The notes: generated by a model from the sequence alone, not told the origin. Shown: positions 1 to 9,103, numbered from the stretch's first letter. The stretch: DNA of 38,458 bases from Polaromonas sp. (GCA_043749005.1 JAYVEE010000109.1:1-38458); one strand, 5' to 3'. A program made the numbers and translations.

Positions 1-1805
1 CCCGTCGCATGATCCACCCGATCCGCCACAAAATACCCATGCCGCTCAAACTGAAACTTGTCATCCGCCTTCACCGCAGCCAGTGACGGCTCGACAAACG
101 CCTTCAGCACCTTCAAGCTGTTCGGGTTCAGGTTCTCGATAAAGTCTTTGCCGCCCGCTTCGGGGTGCGCCTCGACAAACAGCCGCTCATACAGCCGCAC
201 TTCGGCGTGTACTGCATCATTTACCCCAACCCAGGTGATCACGCCTTTGACCTTCACGGCGTCTGAGCCGGGGGTGCCGCTTTTGGTGTCGGGGATCAGG
301 GTGGCCAGCACAGACGTTACGTTTCCTGCTTCATCTTTGATAGCGCCGGTGCATTCAATGACGTGGCCGTATTTCAGGCGGACTTTGTTCCCCGCAATCG
401 CTGCACCGCTTGCGTTCACATGCGGCGGGAACAATCTAAAAAACCCTTTCGGCGGCGTCTCTTCAAAGTCGCTTCGGTCAATCCACACTTCCTTGCCGAT
501 TTTGAAATGGCGCTTGCCCAGCTCTGGCAGGTGCGGATGAACGGGGGCGGAGCAATCGTCAAGCTTTCCCGCTCCGATGACTTCATCCCAGTTCGTCAAC
601 ACCAGCTTCACCGGGTCCAGCACGGCCATCGCTCTTGGGGCGCTGCCATCCAGGGTTTCGCGCAGGCAACCTTCCAGGGTGCTGTAGTCAATCCAGCTGT
701 CGCTTTTGGTCACGCCGATGCGTTCGGCGAACAGTTGCAGGCTATCTGCCGTATAGCCGCGCCGGCGCAGGCCGACGATGGTGGGCATGCGGGGGTCGTC
801 CCAACCGGACACTTTTCCTTCGTTAACTAATTGCGCCAGTTTGCGTTTGCTGGTGAGTACATACGTCAGGTTCAGCCGGGCAAATTCGTATTGGCGAGGT
901 GCGGGGCTGGCCAGCAAGCCACCTTCAATCAAGCGCTCCAGCAGCCAGTCGTACCACGGGCGCTGGTCTTCAAATTCCAGCGTGCAAATGCTGTGGGTGA
1001 TCTGCTCCAGCGCGTCTTCAATCGGGTGCGCAAATGCGTACATGGGGTAAATGCACCACTTGTCGCCGGTGTTGTGGTGGTGCGCGCGGCGTATGCGGTA
1101 AATGGCCGGGTCGCGCAGGTTGATATTGGGGCTGGCCATGTCGATTTTTGCCCTCAATACTGCAGCACCATCATCAAGTTTTCCAGCTCGCATTTCGCGC
1201 AAGCGCGACAGGTTCTCAAGAACACTACGGGTGCGGTAAGGACTGTCAACGCCGGGCTTGCCAAAGTCGCCCCGGTTATGGCGCATCTCGTCTGCCGTTT
1301 GCTCGTCAACGTAGGCCAGGCCTGCTTCAACCAGATAAACAGCTGCGCGGTACATGAAGTCAAAGTAATCGCTGGCCTGGTACGGATTGCTGTTGCCATC
1401 TTGTGCCCAGTCAAAGCCCAGCCACTTCACGGCATCAATGATGCCGTTAACGTATTCAACGTCTTCTTTTTCAGGGTTGGTGTCGTCAAACCTAAGGTGG
1501 CATACGCCGCCGTAGTCGCGTGCCAGGCCAAAGTTGAGGCAAATGCTTTTGGCGTGGCCAATGTGCAAGTAGCCGTTTGGTTCTGGCGGGAACCGCATGC
1601 GCACCTTTTGCGTGTCCAGTGGCCCTGCAGCATGGTGCGCTGCATCGCCGGGGCCTCCGCCCCAGCGGCGGCCTTGGTAAGCACCCGTAGCCAAATCTTT
1701 TTCAATGATCTGGCGTAGAAAGTTGCTGGGCTTGTGGGTTTCTTTGTCGGTGTTCGCGGGGGGGCCCGCGGCAGTCGTGGCTTTGAAGGGAACAGAGATG
1801 GTCAT
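1..1805 (-). CDS. glnS: Glutamine--tRNA ligase (3' end runs off the window)
   Basis: Translated by hand from ATG at 1805: MTISVPFK...KPSNFLRQIIEKDL...RFPPEPNGYLHIGHAK (HIGH motif). The last codons read KFQFERHGYFVADRVDH. It is missing from the ORF track because no stop falls inside the window. Confidence 0.96.
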   Translation of the reverse strand, partial: MTISVPFKATTAAGPPANTDKETHKPSNFLRQIIEKDLATGAYQGRRWGGGPGDAAHHAAGPLDTQKVRMRFPPEPNGYLHIGHAKSICLNFGLARDYGGVCHLRFDDTNPEKEDVEYVNGIIDAVKWLGFDWAQDGNSNPYQASDYFDFMYRAAVYLVEAGLAYVDEQTADEMRHNRGDFGKPGVDSPYRTRSVLENLSRLREMRAGKLDDGAAVLRAKIDMASPNINLRDPAIYRIRRAHHHNTGDKWCIYPMYAFAHPIEDALEQITHSICTLEFEDQRPWYDWLLERLIEGGLLASPAPRQYEFARLNLTYVLTSKRKLAQLVNEGKVSGWDDPRMPTIVGLRRRGYTADSLQLFAERIGVTKSDSWIDYSTLEGCLRETLDGSAPRAMAVLDPVKLVLTNWDEVIGAGKLDDCSAPVHPHLPELGKRHFKIGKEVWIDRSDFEETPPKGFFRLFPPHVNASGAAIAGNKVRLKYGHVIECTGAIKDEAGNVTSVLATLIPDTKSGTPGSDAVKVKGVITWVGVNDAVHAEVRLYERLFVEAHPEAGGKDFIENLNPNSLKVLKAFVEPSLAAVKADDKFQFERHGYFVADRVDHAT

Positions 1806-1923
1806 CGCGCGATTTTAGGGGCAGGGCGATTTCGCTCCCCAGTTTCAAAGCTGGACACGTATCAATTCAAAAGTATTGGTCACCATACATTTCAAAGATA
1901 CTAATAACTGAAGGAAAAAATTG

Positions 1924-2543
1924 ATGTTCTCGGAATTACCTCCGCCACAAAAACGTTTCATCAAGATTTGGGTGGCCTTGATTACAGTCTTTTTTCTTTT
2001 GCTAGCGTGGCTCTCCGTCCACATAATTCTGCTGGAAAAGCAGACCTCCGCCCAAAATCATGTGTTTCGCATGGGCGCTGCAACCGTCGAACCCGGTAAA
2101 ACTCCGCCAGATACATTGCCTACCAACACCGATTTCACGCCGGTAAACATCGGGATTTATCTGGACGGTATTGAAAACGTGTCAATCAAAGACTTGTATT
2201 GGACCGCGACCTTCTATGTCTGGTTTCGCTGGAAAGGTGACAAATCGCTGGACCCTGGGAAAACATTTCAGATCATTGATGCCAAGATGGAAAAAAAGGA
2301 ATTGATCGATAGTTATGTTGGGGCTGATGGCATCAACTATCAGAATTACAAAGTGATCGCGAAGATGACCAAGTTTTTCAACACGACCCGTGTGCCGCTT
2401 GATGATCACATGCTGAATATCTACATTGAGGATGCGTCGAGTGATGTATCGCGGTTACCCTACGCCACCGCGCTCCCTGGATTGTTATCTTCCTTGGCTA
2501 CGCAGGAGTCAACATCCTGTTGCCACTAGTGGCCTTTTCCTGA
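1924..2543 (+). pseudogene. Prokaryotic pLGIC (GLIC/ELIC-like) subunit 1, internally deleted and frameshifted
   Basis: An N-terminal hydrophobic helix is followed by PVNIGIYLDGIENVSIKDLYWTATFYVWFRWK (beta1-beta2-like) and FFNTTRVPLDDHMLNIYIED (Pro-loop-like). Similarity stops near 2465. A different frame then reads RAPWIVIFLGYAGVNILLPLVAFS-stop (2543), an M4-like helix. M1-M3 are absent. Confidence 0.75.
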
Positions 2544-2544
2544 G

Positions 2545-3140
2545 ATGTTCACGGCCTGGAAACGGATGGAACAGAAGGAAAAGATATTTCTTTCTTTCTG
2601 GTGTGCGGTGCTTATCGTCGTTGCGCTGACAAGCGGAATTTTTCTCAGCATGGAGCAGCGTGCCAATGTGGCCGCTTCGATTGAGCGTCATGCCGCACGT
2701 ATCGGCTTGGCGACTGTCGAATCCGGACAAACTGAACCCGAGCAAACGCCGCCTGCGGGACATGAGAAGGATGTAGTCTGGACTGCGAAGGTTGGCATTT
2801 ACCTTGACCAGATATGGCACTTGTTGGTCTGTTTGTTCGCTGCTCCTGTGATCGGCTGGCCCTTCAAACGGGTGCGATTTTTGCCGCGGCTGCTAATGCG
2901 TACATCATTTCCGGCATTATTCCTGAGACGGGTGTTGCCACGCTCGCTGGCAAAATGAACTGGTTTGGAATCGCTTGTATCGGCATCACCATACTGCAGG
3001 CCGTGATTTACCAATATCGTTTTGAAGGCGTGGAAGAACGTAGGGATGCTTCCTGGCTTTTTGATGTCACGACATTCATTTTTTTGGCGCTGCTTTTTGT
3101 AGGTCTCAACGTCGCGGTGTCACTCTCGGCCTCACGTTAG
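2545..3140 (+). pseudogene. Prokaryotic pLGIC subunit 2 (paralog of subunit 1), internally deleted and frameshifted
   Basis: The N-terminus aligns with subunit 1 (ATVESGQTEP...KVGIYLDQI vs ATVEPGKTPP...NIGIYLDGI). Near 2814 the frame changes to ...DRLALQTGAIFAAAANAYIISGIIPETGVATLAG (M2 and M2-M3 loop), followed by M3- and M4-like helices. Most of the extracellular domain is missing. Confidence 0.75.
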
Positions 3141-3385
3141 CCTGACTGTGGCTCGGGCTGCTCAAGTTGGCAGCCCTTTTCACTTGCCAACTTTGCCGTA
3201 TCCAAACGCCGATGCTTGCGGTGCAGGTCAACAAATTCCCAAATTTAATCCGCAGGTTTTTGCGGCGGTTGGGGGTTACGTTTCGCTACTCTCTTTATGC
3301 TCAAGCAGTAGGCGTTTGGCAAGGCTCTGCGTTCAAATGAAGGTATGGGTCTTTTAAGCCCTTTAACGCCTTCAAGGAGTACCTT

Positions 3386-3799
3386 GTGAAAAATTTTGTG
3401 AGTAGAAAGAGCGATTCAAACCGTTTTGGACTGATTGCTTCAACCATTGTGGTGGTGGCTTTCAGTTTTGCCGGTGCAGCGCAGGCCCGCGACAACGCTT
3501 TGCTGTCCATCGGTATCAATGTGCCGGGAGCAGTGAATCCAAGCTACGCTTACCCTGTGTATACGCAGGTACCTGTCTATGTGCAGCCGCGTCCTGTCTA
3601 CGTGCAACCTGCACCGGTTTATTACCAGCCAGCACCTGTTTATTACAGCAGTCCACCGGCCTATTACGAACCTCCACATGGCTGGAAACACGGTCACTAC
3701 AAAAAACATAAAAAATACGACCGGGATGACGATGACCGCTACGAGCGGCATGATAATTTCCAGCGAAGTTACTATGCGCCGGTGTATTACCAGCGCTAA
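3386..3799 (+). CDS. Secreted Pro/Tyr-rich PXPV-repeat protein
   Basis: AAGGAG RBS before the GTG start; signal-peptide-like segment ending AAQA; LSIGINVPG followed by PVY(V/Y)QP repeats and an H/K/D/R-rich tail. Confidence 0.8.
   Translation: MKNFVSRKSDSNRFGLIASTIVVVAFSFAGAAQARDNALLSIGINVPGAVNPSYAYPVYTQVPVYVQPRPVYVQPAPVYYQPAPVYYSSPPAYYEPPHGWKHGHYKKHKKYDRDDDDRYERHDNFQRSYYAPVYYQR
3572..3676 (+). repeat. Five imperfect 21-bp tandem repeats (PVYVQPR/PVYVQPA/PVYYQPA/PVYYSSP/PAYYEPP)
   Basis: Read directly from the DNA and the translation. Confidence 0.85.
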
Positions 3800-3812
3800 A
3801 CAAATGCGCCAG

Positions 3813-3851
3813 AACATAAAAAAACCTGCTTGATGCAGGTTTTTTTATGTT
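3813..3851. terminator. Bidirectional intrinsic terminator
   Basis: AACATAAAAAAACCTGC-TTGAT-GCAGGTTTTTTTATGTT, a perfect inverted repeat between convergent genes. Confidence 0.9.
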
Positions 3852-3868
3852 TCGGATGTGCCTGGGCG

Positions 3869-4459
3869 TTACATGGCTTTCCAGAAAATATAGTCCGCTT
3901 GGTACGGCAGGGTCAGCTTGTCACCAACGTCAGACGGACCGCAAGCCTTGCTGAGGTCTTGTCCACCTTTGGTGTTGATACGCTGGATGTACGTCACGTT
4001 TTGCATGGCACCTGCATTCATGCCGGGCGCGCCTTTGGACAATTGAAGGGCTATGTTGTTGCCGCCAGTAGCAGGAGCTAGGGCAATTTGTGTACCGACA
4101 ACGCTTGAACCGTCATTGTGTGTCCAAGTAGCTGGCGGGCCGCTGTAAGCACCAATTGTTTTACCTGTGCGGTCAATCAGGTCAGCTTTGGGCGAAACCA
4201 GTGTCCAGCCCATCTGCCCACTGGCGGCCACGTTGGGGCGGCATTCGTAATTTAGCACACCCACACCTGTGGTTTCAAGTGCTACCTCGTTGCCTGCTGG
4301 CACACGAATTGATTCGACCAGCTTGTCCTGGTTATATTCTTTGGCGGGCGGCTTGGCAGTTGAGCAGGCTGCCATGATCAGGGCAGTGCCCGTAACCAGG
4401 CAAAGAGTGGCAATCGCGCTTTTGCTGTAAGCCCGTGCTGTGTTGTGGGTTGATTTCAT
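3869..4459 (-). CDS. DUF3455 family lipoprotein
   Basis: Lipobox-like IMAAC; motifs GVLNYEC, GPPATW..DGS, VTYIQRINTKGG and YQADYIFW. Confidence 0.85.
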   Translation of the reverse strand: MKSTHNTARAYSKSAIATLCLVTGTALIMAACSTAKPPAKEYNQDKLVESIRVPAGNEVALETTGVGVLNYECRPNVAASGQMGWTLVSPKADLIDRTGKTIGAYSGPPATWTHNDGSSVVGTQIALAPATGGNNIALQLSKGAPGMNAGAMQNVTYIQRINTKGGQDLSKACGPSDVGDKLTLPYQADYIFWKAM

Positions 4460-4575
4460 GCATCCTCTTTCTTTATTGATTTATGTGACCAGTAGACAGT
4501 ATTTGCAAGTAAATGTGTGTAGGACAGCCGTTGCATGGCATGCCATCCATGGGCTGCAAATCTATTTTCAGACCA

Positions 4576-5424
4576 CTACATCGCTTTAAATAAATGGCTG
4601 TAAAGGCGACTTACAGCTAGCTTGTCTGGAATGCCGTGCACGGTGATCGAGAGCTTGCCCTGCTCGTCGCGCCGCACGGTGTGTATTGCGGTTGCCCGCA
4701 CTACTGTTCCCCGGTGAACTTGCCAAAAAGTCTGACTGTTTAATTGCCGCAGCAAATCTTTAAGCGGCATGCGGATAAGGTATTCAGCGTTGGCCGTCAG
4801 CACACGGATGTATTTGTCTGATGCTTCAAAGTACAGCACGTCTGTGATCGGCACCATTTGCAGGGTGTTGCCAAGCGAGCCAGCCAACGCAGCAGAAATC
4901 ATCTGCAAGGGGAAAATTGAGGGCGGTACTGAAGGAAGCAGGGCGCGTAACTGGGTCAACACCTGTTCCACTTGCGCATCCGCAGTTGCTATGCTATTTA
5001 TAGCTGCTTGCGCCCGTCTCTTTTGGTCTGACTGTAGTTTTTGTACAGTTTTTGTCAGTCTGGCAGGCTGTACGGGCTTGAGAAGGTAATCAATGGCCTG
5101 CGCGTCAAATGCCGCCACGGCATATTGGTCGTAGGCGGTCACAAACACCAGCGCCGGAAAGGGTTTGCTACCCGCTGCTGGCGCAGGCCAGGCGTCCAGC
5201 AGGTCGGCGGCGGCTTCCAGTCCAGTCAAGCCCGGCATTTGTATGTCAAAAAACAGTACGTCTGGTTGCAATGCCAGGGCCTGCGCAACAGCTGACGCGC
5301 CGTCAGCAACTGTTGCGACCACTTGCAGATCTGGCCAAGCGCTTGCCAGCTCTGCCTTTAACGCTGCCGCCAGCAGGGGTTCGTCTTCAGCGATCAGGGC
5401 AGTGACTACATGTTTTTCATGCAT
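4576..5424 (-). CDS. LytTR-family response regulator
   Basis: REC domain (IAEDE, FFDIQMPG, FVTAYD, DYLLKP) plus LytTR domain (YFEASDKY, FWQVHRG, VSRLY). Confidence 0.95.
   Translation of the reverse strand: MHEKHVVTALIAEDEPLLAAALKAELASAWPDLQVVATVADGASAVAQALALQPDVLFFDIQMPGLTGLEAAADLLDAWPAPAAGSKPFPALVFVTAYDQYAVAAFDAQAIDYLLKPVQPARLTKTVQKLQSDQKRRAQAAINSIATADAQVEQVLTQLRALLPSVPPSIFPLQMISAALAGSLGNTLQMVPITDVLYFEASDKYIRVLTANAEYLIRMPLKDLLRQLNSQTFWQVHRGTVVRATAIHTVRRDEQGKLSITVHGIPDKLAVSRLYSHLFKAM
4987..5046 (+). repeat. Dispersed GCTAY-N7-RTAGC element, copy A (in frame in the LytTR regulator linker)
   Basis: TGCTAT-GCTATTT-ATAGC-TGCTTGCGC-N13-TCTGAC; on the coding (-) strand it encodes AQAAINSIA. Confidence 0.85.
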
Positions 5425-6499
5425 TTTGTGAAGGAAAAGTAATGCTGGCCTTGGTAAATCCGGCGCAGCCAGCTCCTAAATAAATAGCGGCTTGGCTACC
5501 ATACGTGGCCTGCAGGCGCTCTCGCACCTGTGCCAGGCCAAAGCCTGCGCCGACTTTCAGACCAACGCCGCTGTCTATAACATTCAGCACAATATTTTTC
5601 CCCTCGCGATGCGCGCTGACTGCAACGCTGCCGCCTTCAATCTTCGGCTCCAGACCATGTTTAATGGCGTTTTCAACCAATGGTTGCAGCAGCAAGGTGG
5701 GCACGGGCTGCGCGGCTAACTCTGGCGGTAATTCAAGCGTGTATGCAAGGCGTGGCCCCATACGCACTTGCATCAGCGCCAGGTAGTCGTCCAGCCGATC
5801 AAATTCATCGCCCAAGCTGTGGCGCGTAGCCCGCGACGCAGAAAGCGTGGCGCGCAAGTAGTCAATCAGGTGGTCCAGCATCACCGTGGCACGCGCTGGG
5901 TTTGTGGCAATCAGCGCGCGCAGGTTGGCCAACGTGTTAAACAACATGTGCGGCTCAAGCTGGCTTTGCAGCAGTTTTAATTGCGCCTCAGTAGCTTGCT
6001 GGCGCGATGTGGCAAGTTCACGCAGCAAATAGCTGCTTTTGCCTGAGGCATAAAAAAAGTAGCTGATGCCCACACCCACACCGACGGTGAACAAAAACAA
6101 ATATAGAAAAAACCGAGGTTGGTTGGGCAACAGCTCAAACGTTGATCGTCCGCTGTAAGCGTCCCCTACCAGTGTGCCCACCACAAACCCGAAACAAACC
6201 CCGACCAAAATAATCACCACACCGCGCCAGCCGCGTGGAAAGCCAAAAGGCGATTTCACATCAATAAAAAACCGCGAGCCGTCAATCACCAGCCAAGAGC
6301 TGATCCCTGTGGCAAACGAATAAACAAGTTGCGAGTCAAAACGCTGGCTTGGTTTGGACAGCCACAGCACCACGGAGATAACCAGGCAAAACCCCATCAC
6401 GATCAGGCAGTGCCGTGCCAGGAGCGGTGCGCAGACCCGCAGCTTTTGCAGGACTGATTTATTTATATTTAGCGGGAAGGCTGTGCTTGTAAAAGGCAT
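5417..6499 (-). CDS. LytS/YehU-like sensor histidine kinase
   Basis: About four TM helices; QSQLEPHMLFNTL (H box), LQPLVENAIKHG (N box), DSGVG and GFGL. Start placed at ATG 6499 (MPFTS). Confidence 0.92.
   Translation of the reverse strand: MPFTSTAFPLNINKSVLQKLRVCAPLLARHCLIVMGFCLVISVVLWLSKPSQRFDSQLVYSFATGISSWLVIDGSRFFIDVKSPFGFPRGWRGVVIILVGVCFGFVVGTLVGDAYSGRSTFELLPNQPRFFLYLFLFTVGVGVGISYFFYASGKSSYLLRELATSRQQATEAQLKLLQSQLEPHMLFNTLANLRALIATNPARATVMLDHLIDYLRATLSASRATRHSLGDEFDRLDDYLALMQVRMGPRLAYTLELPPELAAQPVPTLLLQPLVENAIKHGLEPKIEGGSVAVSAHREGKNIVLNVIDSGVGLKVGAGFGLAQVRERLQATYGSQAAIYLGAGCAGFTKASITFPSQNA
5471..5518 (+). repeat. Dispersed element, copy B (partial, in frame in the kinase C-terminus)
   Basis: AGCTCC-TAAATAA-ATAGC-GGCTTGGCT; encodes SQAAIYLGA on the - strand. 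Confidence 0.65.
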
Positions 6500-6516
6500 G
6501 CGCTTATTGTGGGGGA

Positions 6517-7619
6517 TCAGACTGGTGCCAACTGGCGATTGAAAAACGTCACCATCTTTTATACAACAGGGGCAAATCGGCGCGCACAAAACCAGGCGGG
6601 TCGACCAGCATAGGCGTCAGGCTTTGAGCCAGCTCTGCTGGCCATGGTGAAAACAGCGAGCCATGTCAAGCCTCAGGCAAGTCAAGCACCATCGTGCAAC
6701 CGGGGCAGGCTGCTTGCACAGCCCGGACATGGGCGTTGGGTGCCAGCCACTGATCACGACCTGCCGCGACCAAACCTGTTGCTACCGCGGGTTTGGCGAG
6801 CGTGGTCAAGTCAAACGGCACAGTCATGGGCACAGACGCCAGCACAGCTTTGATGCGCGGGTCTTGATGACCGTACAACGTTTCGTCGCCAAACTTGAGC
6901 TGATGCAGCCAACTTGCCAAGATCAGCTTGATGGCATCGCCCCAGTTGCCTTTAAGTTGAACGATCAGTCCGACGCAAGCCGGAAAGTCGTCGGCCATGT
7001 GCGCCTGGCAATAACGCTTGAAGTTGGCTGGCGACCATTTGCCGCCAGCCAGCACCAAAGCTGTCAGCCCGCCTGCAGACGTGCCGTAGACACCCACGCG
7101 GTCAAAATCAATCAACGGCGTAAAGCGGCTGTCTTGCTGCATGGCGTCGATGGCTTGGGAAACTTCGAGTGGGCGCAGCTTCCAACTTGCAGGGCCGACC
7201 AGTTGCATATCGCGATGGTTGTCGCCTTCGTGCTCAGGTATGGCGACGATGTAGCCCGCGTCGACAAAACTGCGGGCCAGGTCAGCCAGCGGCCAAGGTG
7301 AGCCACCTGAGCCATGCGAGAACACCATCAAGCGCCGATTCCCCAGTACAGGCTGGCCGCCATCGGCCAGCTGAAGAGTGAAGGGGCCGCGTTTGAATTC
7401 GCTTGATCCGCTGCTGCTGGGGTAGAACACAGTGATCGAGCCCTTACTGGCGACGCTGCCAAGGACTGTTATGCCCAGACTGGGCTTGCCTGCCGTGAAC
7501 TTGTCTGTAGCCCAGGCTGATTGCGCGGCAAGCGTTGCCATGCACACCAGTACCTGCGCCAAAGCAATCGGCACAAACCGTTTGACAAGGTTTTGGACGC
7601 GGTCGCTATTCACGCTCAT
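6517..7619 (-). pseudogene. Secreted alpha/beta hydrolase (dienelactone-hydrolase-like) with a nonsense codon and a frameshift
   Basis: Signal peptide, FSHGSGG and GTSAGG nucleophile elbow. An in-frame TGA (6666-6668) comes just before HGSLFSPWP...DPPGF. A 1-bp loss in an A-run near 6558 moves MVTFFNRQLAPV-stop (6517) out of frame. The start overlaps the upstream stop (ATGA). Confidence 0.8.
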
Positions 7620-8137
7620 GCCCCTTTGAGGTTGCCAGTACTGTTGGCTTGGCTCCACACCAGTCCCCACAAGCGCAGGGCGCGACCTGCAAACACGCCA
7701 CTGCAAACACCGTAGACCGCGCAAATGCTGTAGCGGAAGGTGGCGCTGTGCAGCAGATCAGGCCGCATCGCGGCTGTAATGCCCACGCCATATTTGGTCA
7801 TAAAAATACCCATCATCAACAGCAGTGGTACCCAACTGCCGGACAGCCCAAAGCGCTGCGTCCAGCTGTTGTAATGCGTGCCCTGTTGTACTGGCCGCTG
7901 CGCGATGAGGGTGGCCGCCAACACCAACGAGGAGCCCCAGGCCAGCAGTAAGGCGCCTGCCGACCCAAACACCGAAATCACGCCGTAAATTGACAAGCAC
8001 AACATCGCCAGTGGAATCAGGGTGATGCGCTTAAGGCCCGGCGAGCTGGGTAGCGACTGCTTAAATCTAAACCATAACAGTAAAACGAAAACAGCCCAGA
8101 CCCAGATCGGCGTGTGGGTGATGATTTGAACAAACAT
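7616..8137 (-). CDS. DUF6622-like membrane protein
   Basis: GAGGAG RBS; HTPIWVW start, GSWVPLLLMMGIFMTKY and SGVFAGR; multiple TM helices. Confidence 0.75.
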   Translation of the reverse strand: MFVQIITHTPIWVWAVFVLLLWFRFKQSLPSSPGLKRITLIPLAMLCLSIYGVISVFGSAGALLLAWGSSLVLAATLIAQRPVQQGTHYNSWTQRFGLSGSWVPLLLMMGIFMTKYGVGITAAMRPDLLHSATFRYSICAVYGVCSGVFAGRALRLWGLVWSQANSTGNLKGA

Positions 8138-8198
8138 AACAAACTCCTCGTGTTGTTAGCCAATAAAAAAAGCCGTAAAACCAGTGCGAAGCATGGGG

Positions 8199-8470
8199 CT
8201 AATTCTGCTTTGTGGCGCTGAAGTGCTCACGCTCGCGCTGAACAAGCCGCGCATGCAGACCGGCACCACCATGCCGTGAATAGCCAGGCCCAGCCCCCGA
8301 GCCAGCGCAGGAAAAATCGCCCAGTTTTTGCCACTCACTGTAGACAGCAAAACCAGCATCAGATTAACGGTGACATACACAAACGCGTGGATGTACCAGC
8401 CCAGTTTGGTCCCCGCTTGGCGGCGTGCCTGGCGTTCGAGCGCCGGCGCTGACAAGTTAGTGGTTCTCAT
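8199..8470 (-). pseudogene. 2TM-domain membrane protein, frameshifted
   Basis: ERQARRQAG.KLGWYIHA.VY...WAIFPAL-ARG-LGLAIHG, where the usual GWG is altered. The expected tail GLHARLVQRERE...-stop (8199) lies in another frame after about 8265. Confidence 0.7.
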
Positions 8471-8531
8471 GAAAATTTACCTTGTGTAAATCGTTGAGAA
8501 AAAGCGCTGTCAATTCATCATCAGGTCGACA

Positions 8532-8945
8532 TCAAACCAAGGCCAGCCATTGATGCCACACCAGGTTGCCCACATAGCGGTTCGGCAGCAACGTGAAAGC
8601 ACCCGCCACCAAGCAAGCGCTGATGTACAGTCGCTGCATGGCCCCGCGGTGGCCAGCAATGTTGCCCTGTGCCAGAGCCTGAAATGCGCGGAACAAGAAG
8701 TAAAAAGTCACCGGCACAAAAAGGTGAATCGGGGTAAAGCCAGCTATATTGATCAAGCGGTAATCGCGGATAAAAATCGCCGAAACTGCTGCTACCGCCA
8801 TCATCGTGACCCAGGCATAGCCAAAGGCGCGATGTAGCTTTGGGCGCTGCATGCTGCTTTTGCGCGCCCACAGCGCGATGGGGCCAAGGCAGATGGCCGT
8901 CATGGATGCGGTCATGTGAACTGCAATCAGGGGGGTTAGTTGCAT
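8532..8945 (-). CDS. DUF2306 family membrane protein
   Basis: MQLTPLIAVH...LHRAFGYAWV..M...PIH...AGAFTLLPNR; start at ATG 8945. Confidence 0.88.
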   Translation of the reverse strand: MQLTPLIAVHMTASMTAICLGPIALWARKSSMQRPKLHRAFGYAWVTMMAVAAVSAIFIRDYRLINIAGFTPIHLFVPVTFYFLFRAFQALAQGNIAGHRGAMQRLYISACLVAGAFTLLPNRYVGNLVWHQWLALV

Positions 8946-9010
8946 GGTGAGCTTCAAGTGGTGATGGACTGGAGTTTGCCTAGGGTGCGGCCGTGTCACA
9001 ACGGGTTTGC

Positions 9011-9062
9011 GACGAAACGCCAAAAAGGCGCGCGAACCGCCTGTAGCACTGTTTAAACCGCA
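9011..9062. promoter_or_regulatory. Putative LytTR-binding direct repeats
   Basis: CGAAACGCC (9013), CGAACCGCC (9033) and TAAACCGCA (9054) with 20-21-bp periodicity, upstream of the operon that encodes the LytTR regulator. Confidence 0.45.
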
Positions 9063-9103
9063 AGACGCGCCAGCGATAATCAAAGTCTTATCAAGGAGCG
9101 TTT

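Noticed and set aside
831-1718. 295-aa + strand ORF, and the other ORFs within 58-1718
   Set aside because: Antisense or alternate-frame shadows of glnS; no recognisable motifs.
6666-6668. In-frame TGA as selenocysteine or programmed readthrough
   Set aside because: The position corresponds to Gly rather than Cys, and a second frameshift downstream indicates ordinary decay.
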